Source of the DNA: a virus
Lineage: Duplodnaviria > Caudoviricetes
Length of the DNA: 64,000 bases
Direction: 5' to 3' (one strand)
Virus record (IMG/VR): IMGVR_UViG_3300025867_000005
Shown piece by piece: positions 56,378 to 64,000 of this stretch. The translations under genes were made by a program, and so were the position numbers. Numbering within the stretch: position 1 is the stretch's first letter; every line of letters begins with the position of its first letter. The notes under the pieces were generated by a model. The model was not told where the DNA came from, ran no database searches, and saw only the letters and a list, made by a program, of their open reading frames with translations.

Positions 56378-57328
56378 ATGATTAAGGTTTTCTATTCCGG
56401 AAGTTTCAATCCATTTCATTACGGGCATGAATACGTTTATGACTTGGTTTGTAAGATGTTCGGTAAGGAAAATGTATGGCTTGGTATCGGACAGAACAAC
56501 AACAAGAACACACAGAACGGTGATCATCTTCGAAGGTCTCTTGTCCCTATCACAAAAAATGTCATCGCCTATGACGGACTTACGGCAGATGTCGTAAGGA
56601 AGCACGGCTTCAATCTGTTGATTCGTGGAATCCGTCCCGGAAGAAGTTTGGAAGACGAACAGGATTTGATGTATTGGAACCACAGGCTTTGCGGTGTCAA
56701 TACGATTTTCATCCCGACTCCGCCCGAAGTTAATCAAATCAGCAGTAGTGCGATTCGTGTTTTGGAAGAATATCATCAAGAAGACGAAATCAAGAAGCTG
56801 ATGAACTTTGACGTTTATCTTCGTTGGAAGAATAAACTTCCTCTTATCCCCGTTGTCTATGGCCGTTGTTGTTCAGGGAAGTCAACGATGGTCAAGAAAG
56901 AATATTCATCTGTGTGGGAATTTGACAAGGGATTCACGGATTATCTCCGTAATGATTGGTCTGAAAACCAATTACTTGAAATCAAGAATCTCTTCTATCA
57001 AAAGTCTCCTTACTTCTTAGATAGGATTGAAGAACTTTCTCTTTCAGCGGATTGGGAAAGATTATTTAAGGATCTATTGCTATCTCGTAGTAGAGGGAAA
57101 GATTTGTGTCTTGATATCCCGATGCTTGGAATGTACTGGGAATATCTTCCTGATGCCCTTAAAGGTTGTCTTGACATTTGCAGATTTGAAGCGGATATGG
57201 AAACGAGGAAACGGTTCTCTAGTCTACGAGAAGCCAATCCAAAGCTGATAGAATGTAGTGACCATTTCTATAAAGAAATGCCGTTTTGGGATACGAAAAT
57301 CGAACAAAAGAAGGAAAACATATGTTAG
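56378..57328 (+). CDS. phosphopantetheine adenylyltransferase (CoaD-like) fused to P-loop kinase
   Basis: SGSFNPFHYGH, YDGLTAD, LIRGIR, ISSS; then GRCCSGKST. Confidence 0.75.
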   Translation: MIKVFYSGSFNPFHYGHEYVYDLVCKMFGKENVWLGIGQNNNKNTQNGDHLRRSLVPITKNVIAYDGLTADVVRKHGFNLLIRGIRPGRSLEDEQDLMYWNHRLCGVNTIFIPTPPEVNQISSSAIRVLEEYHQEDEIKKLMNFDVYLRWKNKLPLIPVVYGRCCSGKSTMVKKEYSSVWEFDKGFTDYLRNDWSENQLLEIKNLFYQKSPYFLDRIEELSLSADWERLFKDLLLSRSRGKDLCLDIPMLGMYWEYLPDALKGCLDICRFEADMETRKRFSSLREANPKLIECSDHFYKEMPFWDTKIEQKKENIC

Positions 57329-57603
57329 ATTTGAACTGTTCTGTTGCAACAACGGTGGAATTAGACGTTTCCGATCTTATCAGATTGATGGATGTGGAAA
57401 TTATTCTTGGTTTGATATCTGAGATTCAAGATCCTTCTTCTGTTTCGAATACCGTTGTACCTTGGCTTCGCAATGAAGGTTTGTCTACGATCTATGTCGG
57501 ATTCAAGACAAAAACGACTGACGCAGAAACTATCAGGATTTTGGTCTATAACATCAAAAGGAAAATCAATGATAAAGCCAAAGAAATGGGCATACAGATT
57601 TGA
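57322..57603 (+). CDS. hypothetical protein
   Basis: RBS. Confidence 0.55.
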   Translation: MLDLNCSVATTVELDVSDLIRLMDVEIILGLISEIQDPSSVSNTVVPWLRNEGLSTIYVGFKTKTTDAETIRILVYNIKRKINDKAKEMGIQI

Positions 57604-57800
57604 AGAGAATGGTGGGTATGATTGCCTGTACAGTGCCTATTTCATAGAAGAAAACGGTAGGTTCAGAATATCGATAGACGCTGTGAATTTTTATGATCCG
57701 AATGATGAACCGACTTGGGAAGAACGTCACTCAAAAAACGCAGAGGCAGAAGCTTTGGCAAAAAGAATTGTTAATCTGTTAAACAAAGAAGAGGAAGAAA

Positions 57801-58724
57801 ATGGAAACTAAAGAACCGGACTATAAGATTCAAATGATTATAAAATCAGATGATTGTGTTTACATCAAGGTGTTAGGTGTCGGATTCGGTACATATCATA
57901 GCACCATTATTTTAAACCCAGGATATCTGATTGATGGCGTTGTGGCAGAACCGACTTCAGAAGAACACTGGTTCAAAGTCAAGGCTATCCCTAAACGTTT
58001 TCAGGTAAAAGAGAGTAGCAAACGGGTGAATATCAGATTTGTTCTCCGTAATGGGAACCCCGCTTTGAATAAACTTCCTGAATCCATTCCCGCAACTTCA
58101 TCAGGATGTCTTCCGGAAGAATATAAAATGGTTTCAGGGTGTTATGAATTGAAGTACGACAAAGTGGAAGGAGAATGGAAAGACCTTAGTTTTGAGACTG
58201 AAATCATTTATAAGAGCAATGATTTTGAATGGCTGTGCAGTAAATATCCGCACCAAAGTTCTTTGATTGACAGGATTGAATTTAACCATGACATCTTGGA
58301 TTCGGTCAGACCATGTATGGCGGATAGCAAGCAAATGTATAAGATTATCCGAAACCACATAAAGAAGAATATTAATCCTGCCGTTGCTACGATTACAAGT
58401 GATTATGACTTTGTATTTTCGGTTTCGCGGGATGTAAAACTTGTCGTTCCTGAACGCATAACACTAAATGTCGGAACGTCCCGCCGTCCTAGAGTTATTA
58501 ACAGATTTAATGAGAAGAAGTCTGTTGTAATCTATAGCATCACTACAGAGTCCTCTTATTTGAAGGAGGGTTGTGTATATCCCGATCCTGTTGTCGGTAA
58601 AAATGCGAAAGACCTAGATGAAAAAATCGACAAGGTGTTGGAAGAAATTATGGAAGAAATCAATAAGGAATTTTGTGAATGTCCGCATTGTAACGGGTAT
58701 GGATATGTTGAGGTAAAGAAATGA
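57801..58724 (+). CDS. hypothetical protein, C-terminal CxxCxGxG
   Basis: long ORF, GAGG RBS. Confidence 0.75.
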   Translation: METKEPDYKIQMIIKSDDCVYIKVLGVGFGTYHSTIILNPGYLIDGVVAEPTSEEHWFKVKAIPKRFQVKESSKRVNIRFVLRNGNPALNKLPESIPATSSGCLPEEYKMVSGCYELKYDKVEGEWKDLSFETEIIYKSNDFEWLCSKYPHQSSLIDRIEFNHDILDSVRPCMADSKQMYKIIRNHIKKNINPAVATITSDYDFVFSVSRDVKLVVPERITLNVGTSRRPRVINRFNEKKSVVIYSITTESSYLKEGCVYPDPVVGKNAKDLDEKIDKVLEEIMEEINKEFCECPHCNGYGYVEVKK

Positions 58725-58990
58725 AGAGACTTTTTAAGAAAGAAGAGTTACTGAATCTTGGCTTGCCTTATGACAACTGCATTTATGACGAAATCGTCGA
58801 TCAGACACGTTGGTCAACTATTCACGAAATCGTTTTCCCTTATGAAGGAAGTTTTTACAAGGCCCACTATCAAGTAGGTTCTACTGAATGCCAAGAAGAA
58901 CGGCCTTGGGAATTCCTTAAAGAAGTTGAATGTTTGGAAGTCGAACCGAAAGAGAAGACGGTCATCTGCTGGGTAGAAAAGAAAGGTTGA
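58721..58990 (+). CDS. hypothetical protein
   Basis: ATGA coupling; RW...E..GSTECQE. Confidence 0.65.
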   Translation: MKRLFKKEELLNLGLPYDNCIYDEIVDQTRWSTIHEIVFPYEGSFYKAHYQVGSTECQEERPWEFLKEVECLEVEPKEKTVICWVEKKG

Positions 58991-59204
58991 TATGTGTAAA
59001 TTTTGCGGACATGAACATCACATGTGCAATGATTATAAGACAGTTACTGTCCCTATTCCGGGAACGACTCAGACGCGATATGAAATCTGGTATTGAACAA
59101 GGGAACGTAACCATTTGGGTCCTCATGTCGCCTGTCCTCCTGATCCAAAAAATATGACATCAGGCCCATGTTTGGGTTAGTGACACAGAGGAGAAAAAAG
59201 ATAA

Positions 59205-59756
59205 ATGAAAAAGACTTTGGTGGTTAATCTTTACGGAGGTCCCGGAAGTGGTAAGAGCACTATGCGGGCTGGTCTCTTTGAACGCCTGAAAAACCTCGGG
59301 TATAACGTAGAAGAGGCAACGGAATACGCGAAAGATAAGACGTGGGAACAGAATCAGGTTGTTCTAAGAAATCAGATTTATGTCTTCGGGAAACAGCATT
59401 TCCGAATTTCCAGGCTTCTCGGTAATGTTCAAGTCATTGTAACGGATTCTCCGTTGCTTCTTAGCCTTTACTACGGGCGGAACTTGGGCAAAGAATTCGA
59501 CAATCTTGTAGTGTCCGAATACAGGAAGATGTGGAATTTAGATATCTTTGTAAAACGCACGAAGCCATACAATCCCGCAGGTCGCGGGCAGACAGAAGAA
59601 GAAGCAAAGGAAATTGACAAGTGGATTAAGGAAGTCCTTCCTGATTACGGGATTGATTTCGTGGAATTCGATGGAGACCAGAAAGAATACGATACAGTTG
59701 TTTCTTTTGTCCTAGGGTTTTTAGAATCAGAAAATCTGAAACGTATAGAAGACTGA
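59205..59756 (+). CDS. P-loop kinase, NadR/Ttd14 AAA-like
   Basis: GGPGSGKST, EYAK, TDSPL, GRGQTEEEA. Confidence 0.82.
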   Translation: MKKTLVVNLYGGPGSGKSTMRAGLFERLKNLGYNVEEATEYAKDKTWEQNQVVLRNQIYVFGKQHFRISRLLGNVQVIVTDSPLLLSLYYGRNLGKEFDNLVVSEYRKMWNLDIFVKRTKPYNPAGRGQTEEEAKEIDKWIKEVLPDYGIDFVEFDGDQKEYDTVVSFVLGFLESENLKRIED

Positions 59757-59766
59757 AAAGGAAATT

Positions 59767-60288
59767 ATGATCCCTCGTAGAAACAGACTTGATCTAAATA
59801 AACCCGTTGAACTGAAAATATTATCCCTTTTGAAAGAAATAGAAAGACTTGGTTGTCACGCCCTGATTACTGAAGCAATTTCCCTAATAGAACAGGCAAA
59901 GGAAAAGGTTTCAGATTTTATAGATGAAGAAAGCAGTAAGAGTTTGTCACAAATAGCTCATGCGGCTATCCTTCATGAAGAAGACAGAAAGGCATTTGCC
60001 GAAATAGATAGGCTGTCTTTCGAGCTTACGAAAGAAAACGAATCCCTTATGCAGTGGGGATATGAAGAATATTTGTACCAGCTACCTCTTTGTATGTGTG
60101 GAGGAAAACCAATTTATTCTTCCGTTGACTTTTTTATTAGAAGCCAAAAACCGCATATACTAGAATGTGACAAATGCCATAAGATAGTAGGGAACCAGAG
60201 TTCTATACGTTGCATGGAAATATGGTTATCAGGAAGCGTCAATCCGTCTTTTAAGATTCAAACTTATGGAACCGCTATTGACAGCTGA
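59767..60288 (+). CDS. hypothetical protein with Lar-like zinc ribbon
   Basis: LCMCGGKP..ECDKC..W. Confidence 0.6.
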   Translation: MIPRRNRLDLNKPVELKILSLLKEIERLGCHALITEAISLIEQAKEKVSDFIDEESSKSLSQIAHAAILHEEDRKAFAEIDRLSFELTKENESLMQWGYEEYLYQLPLCMCGGKPIYSSVDFFIRSQKPHILECDKCHKIVGNQSSIRCMEIWLSGSVNPSFKIQTYGTAIDS

Positions 60289-60335
60289 TTAAGTTTATGG
60301 TATCCTTTCTTTGTCAATTGGAAAGGATACTTGTT

Positions 60336-60725
60336 ATGAAACTCAGAATCATTCGAGGATTGCCAGGTAGCGGAAAATCTACGTTTGCCAAAACTTTCGG
60401 CTGCCTGCATATCGAGAATGACATGTTCAGGATGCGTGATGGGAAGTATCATTTCGATTGTCGTTCTTCAACCGTCAAGAACCAGTGTAAAAGGTTTGTT
60501 GAGGAAGCGCTGAGGCTCGGGATTGATGTCTGTGTCTCCAATGTCTTTTGCCTTTATGACATTGTCGATGAATATGTTGAACTTGGAAAACATTACGGTG
60601 CGGATGTCGAAGTCTACAAAATGGTTGGCCATTTCAAGAACGTTCATAGCGTCCCAGACCACGTAATTAGTCATTTCAAAAATGAGTGGGAAGATTATCA
60701 CGGAGAAAAAATCATCAAGAAGTAA
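60336..60725 (+). CDS. small P-loop kinase (polynucleotide kinase/AAA_33-like)
   Basis: IRGLPGSGKSTFA, END, VSN, NVHSVP. Confidence 0.85.
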   Translation: MKLRIIRGLPGSGKSTFAKTFGCLHIENDMFRMRDGKYHFDCRSSTVKNQCKRFVEEALRLGIDVCVSNVFCLYDIVDEYVELGKHYGADVEVYKMVGHFKNVHSVPDHVISHFKNEWEDYHGEKIIKK

Positions 60726-60792
60726 AACCGACAGTTGACAGAATCTGAAGAAAGTGTTATCTTATTGCCAAACAAAAGGAAGGAATCCCGAT

Positions 60793-61038
60793 ATGAACAG
60801 AAATCGTCTTGAAGTCGGAATCAATGAAGTGATGAATCGTTGGTGTCAGGAAGCCATGATCTGTGCGGCGATTGCCTTTAAGAAGGGTGTTAAAACCGTT
60901 CTTATTACCTATCCGACAGGTAAGCAGATGATGCGTTTCTGTCAGCCGTACTCATGCGGAATGCATTATGAAGTCGAACCTGAAGGTTGGGACTATATCG
61001 TCCGGAATAACGGAATCTTGAAAGAAGGAGAATATTGA
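60793..61038 (+). CDS. hypothetical protein
   Basis: promoter plus RBS. Confidence 0.55.
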   Translation: MNRNRLEVGINEVMNRWCQEAMICAAIAFKKGVKTVLITYPTGKQMMRFCQPYSCGMHYEVEPEGWDYIVRNNGILKEGEY

Positions 61039-61228
61039 AATGAGAAAACTGATTTCAGGTGTTTTGATTGTATTGTTCGCATATTTTGCACTTGCTGGGA
61101 TTACCTTTAAAATCCGACACCCTTGGGCGACAGATGCTCAGACTTGGGCAAGAATCGGAAACGTAATTCGGTTTGAGACACTGCAGAAATCGGATTTCGA
61201 ATAGTTTCAGAAGGAATAGGAAACACTT

Positions 61229-61642
61229 ATGAATAATGAATTTTCTTTGAAGCTATATGTCGTTAGAAATTCCGCCGGTAAATACTTCCGGAACAAGGGT
61301 TTTGGGGGATATGGAGATGTCTGGGTAGATGACATCAACAGGGCAAAAATCTATCCGCGTATCGGTCCCGCCAAGTCTGTCGTTACCTTTTGGGCAGGAC
61401 ACTATCCCAAATACGGAATTCCTGAGATTATTGAGTTGAAGGTTACGGAATCTGTAGTTCTTAATCAAGAAGTTCGTTTTGGCAAGCTTGTGACAGCAAA
61501 CGAAAAGCGGGAAGCGAAGAAAGAAGAACAGGATCGTAAACAAAAACTCTCGAAAGCAAAGAAGGATTACGAGAGAGCTCTTAAGGAATTGGAAAGGTTT
61601 AACAATGAACCCGAAACTGGTAAAAACCAGCAAATTCATTAG
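61229..61642 (+). CDS. hypothetical protein
   Basis: RBS. Confidence 0.65.
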   Translation: MNNEFSLKLYVVRNSAGKYFRNKGFGGYGDVWVDDINRAKIYPRIGPAKSVVTFWAGHYPKYGIPEIIELKVTESVVLNQEVRFGKLVTANEKREAKKEEQDRKQKLSKAKKDYERALKELERFNNEPETGKNQQIH

Positions 61643-62147
61643 TCTTGTCCTACGTCACAGACCAGACAAGATCGGCCTTGAAATAGATGCCAATGGATGG
61701 GCTAAAGTGGGAGAACTACTTGAAAAGGCTTCGATTAGCTTTGAAGACCTTTGTGAAGTCGTGGATACAAACGAAAAGAAGCGCTTTGCATTTAATGCGG
61801 ACAAGACTTTAATCCGTGCTTCTCAGGGACATTCTATCAATGTAGACCTCGAAATGAAAGCCGTTCAACCTCTGGATGTCTTGTATCACGGAACCGCAGA
61901 AAAGAATCTAAAATCCATCATGGATGGCGGGTTGAAGAAGATGAGTCGAAACCATGTCCACCTTTCTCCGGACTGGCAGACAGCATATAATGTTGGAATT
62001 CGACACGGGAAACCAGTTATCTTGATAGTTGACAGCAAAACGATGTATTCCAAGGGATACAAATTCTATCTATCAGAAAACGGAGTGTGGCTGACTGACA
62101 GTGTTCCTGTTGAATTTATCAAAGAAAGGCATATAGATTACCCATGA
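61605..62147 (+). CDS. kptA: RNA 2'-phosphotransferase (Tpt1/KptA)
   Basis: SKFISLVLRH, KKRF, IRASQGHS, YHGT, RNHVHLS, NGVWL. Confidence 0.93.
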   Translation: MNPKLVKTSKFISLVLRHRPDKIGLEIDANGWAKVGELLEKASISFEDLCEVVDTNEKKRFAFNADKTLIRASQGHSINVDLEMKAVQPLDVLYHGTAEKNLKSIMDGGLKKMSRNHVHLSPDWQTAYNVGIRHGKPVILIVDSKTMYSKGYKFYLSENGVWLTDSVPVEFIKERHIDYP

Positions 62148-62377
62148 ATCTTAAACGTGACAACTGGACAAATGATGAAGTAATCAATCTTCTTAAATCA
62201 AGAAGGGTTGATACATCTCCATCAGATGAATTCAAAGCAGATTGGAATAACACAGTGAATCAATGCATTTATCTTTTCTATGACATGAAGGCAGATCCAA
62301 AGATTACAGCAGGGGCGAAGGCCCTAGATACCGATACCGGTAATATTGTTTGCATAGGTAGGAGACTACCGCAATAA
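62144..62377 (+). CDS. hypothetical protein
   Basis: ATGA coupling. Confidence 0.6.
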   Translation: MNLKRDNWTNDEVINLLKSRRVDTSPSDEFKADWNNTVNQCIYLFYDMKADPKITAGAKALDTDTGNIVCIGRRLPQ

Positions 62378-62564
62378 GGGAAAAATATGGAGAAAACAAA
62401 ACAAGAATCTGGTCCTATTCCATTGCCGGTGGTCGGTGAAATGGAAATAATCGTGAAACAGCGTTACGGCATTTGTGAGGGGTGTAAGTGGCATCCCAAT
62501 GTCTGTGAATACTGTGAGCAAAACTATTCCGAAGAAAATTTCTTCGGAGAAGGAAACGTATAAA

Positions 62565-62837
62565 ATGATTAATGTTGGTATCGAACAAATTGGGAATGAC
62601 CTTCCACTTTATGACAAGGTTCCGGGGAAAAGTGTCATTTTGGCGATGTGTGACGAAGACAGATATAATTCTGCCGTTATTGTTTCAATAGCTTCAAAGT
62701 TTCTCGTGCCTTTAGGAGAACCCACTCCTGAATGGCTGAAGACCATTGCGGAAGCCATCAGTGTCGCAGAAAAGAACGGCAACAAGACTGCCAAGATTTT
62801 GATTCAGGGTAATAAAATCGGTGTTTACTCAGTGTAG
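62565..62837 (+). CDS. hypothetical protein
   Basis: RBS. Confidence 0.55.
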   Translation: MINVGIEQIGNDLPLYDKVPGKSVILAMCDEDRYNSAVIVSIASKFLVPLGEPTPEWLKTIAEAISVAEKNGNKTAKILIQGNKIGVYSV

Positions 62838-62874
62838 AACTAACTGACAATTTCTTTCTTAAAGTATAAAACAC

Positions 62875-63342
62875 ATGAGAAATGCAACTGAAATCCGCTC
62901 CGAACTTAAGAAGCTAAATGATTTCTCTACCCTTATTTTTGATCCTAGGGTTAGGAAGTTTATCTCTTCTATTATCGAAGAGAACCAGCCTAGAATCAAG
63001 GAACTAGAAAAAGAGCTGGAAGTTTGTCTTGCTTCCAAGAAGGCTTCTAAACCAAGATTTCCAGAAGGTGTTCCAGAAGAAGTTTTCAGCGCCTGTGAAA
63101 AATATTGGAAAGGCTGTGAGGAATATCATATCTACAGAATTCATTGCTGGAATAACAAAGCTGTTTGGACAAGCTATCCGACACATGCTTGGTATTGTCA
63201 AGGAGCTAGATATCAGGCAAAAGCAACATTCTATCTTCTGGACCTTACTCTTTGGGAAATGGGTAGTCCAAAGGTTTTGAGAATCGAAGACGGTAGGTTA
63301 TCCGACAAGGCAATGAAGAAGATTTTGGATGGAATCAAATAA
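62875..63342 (+). CDS. hypothetical protein
   Basis: ORF. Confidence 0.65.
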   Translation: MRNATEIRSELKKLNDFSTLIFDPRVRKFISSIIEENQPRIKELEKELEVCLASKKASKPRFPEGVPEEVFSACEKYWKGCEEYHIYRIHCWNNKAVWTSYPTHAWYCQGARYQAKATFYLLDLTLWEMGSPKVLRIEDGRLSDKAMKKILDGIK

Positions 63343-63428
63343 TCTTCTAAAAGATTACAAACCCTATTGACAATTTTCAATAGGGAATGGTATCTTATCT
63401 TTATCGAAAGCAAGAAAGGGACGATGCC

Positions 63429-63833
63429 ATGATGAAACTTGGAACAGATACAGGAAGCCTTATCAATCATGCTATGAGTCGTGAAATTGCCGTTACTGAA
63501 GACGGAAAACCCTTCGTTCCGCAAGCCGGAATGCCCGCGACTATCCTTCTGTGGAGTGACCGCAACCCCGCTACTGTCATTTCTTTTGACGGCAAGATTC
63601 TCCAGGTTCAGGAAGACAATGCCGTCCGGATTGATGGCAACGGAATGTCTGACTGCCAGAACTATGAGTATTCGGAAAACAAGGAAGGGAGTATCTACTG
63701 CTATCGTCAAGACAAGCGTGGATTCTGGAAAGAGGTTGTTTTGAATCCGGAAACTAACCGTTATAACAAGGCATGCGGAGGCAGTGGATTGCGACTTGGA
63801 GACCGCGAGAAGTATTACGATTTTAGTTTCTAA
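63429..63833 (+). CDS. hypothetical protein
   Basis: promoter cassette; C-terminal GDREKYYDFSF. Confidence 0.7.
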   Translation: MMKLGTDTGSLINHAMSREIAVTEDGKPFVPQAGMPATILLWSDRNPATVISFDGKILQVQEDNAVRIDGNGMSDCQNYEYSENKEGSIYCYRQDKRGFWKEVVLNPETNRYNKACGGSGLRLGDREKYYDFSF

Positions 63834-64000
63834 TACTACTTGACAGTTCAACAAGTCTATGATAAAGTATTGGCATTGAAAGAAAGGGTTTAAAAGATGA
63901 AAACTGTTTACGGACATGAATTGCGTGATATCGGTGGTATGTGGCTTCAGGCAGCGCGTGAGTGGATTCAATGGCGTTGTTTCAACGGAAGCGATGTGAT

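Noticed and set aside
355-59756. Complete NAD reconstitution pathway (NARP1/NARP2)
   Set aside because: No Adps/Namat or Nampt homolog is recognisable in this window; only NadE, Nudix and kinases
256-63971. Long minus-strand ORFs (e.g. 3140-4054, 17238-18074, 63231-63971)
   Set aside because: Antisense shadows of well-supported + strand genes, with no motifs
1-64000. Stop-codon reassignment (often linked to theta ribozymes)
   Set aside because: Known genes are intact in code 11, TAG and TGA end genes at sensible places, and no convincing suppressor tRNA is present

Overview
A 64-kb segment of a large (jumbo-type) dsDNA bacteriophage genome. It is AT-rich, almost entirely + strand, and made of dense short hypothetical ORFs behind roughly 30 similar sigma70-like promoters; no clear packaging or replication core genes are present. 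Recognisable genes form an RNA-repair/translation/cofactor toolkit: NadE, an Rnl2-like ligase, an Rnl1-like ligase fractured by a split intein, Nudix, a metallophosphoesterase, TilS, a CoaD-kinase fusion, P-loop kinases, KptA/Tpt1 and Hsp20, plus DNA methyltransferases. A tRNA region (27.5-38.8 kb, plus 45.9-46.3 kb) holds about 33 tRNAs covering every amino acid except Asp. The most striking signals lie inside this region: (i) four solitary type I-C CRISPR-repeat-like hairpins with covarying stems, each just after a tRNA and followed by tRNA-like fragments; (ii) two HDV-like (theta) ribozymes directly 3' of CCA-less tRNAs, one packaged with an endonuclease and a duplicated tRNA 3' end; (iii) a probable tRNA-Asp split at the anticodon by a related endonuclease; (iv) tRNA-like RNAs with giant D-domains; and (v) several large structured ncRNAs. 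A GC-rich, host-like 3.3-kb insert (40.36-43.63 kb) makes a chimeric RM/LRR ORF. All assignments were made by eye from motifs and base-pairing, with no database searches.
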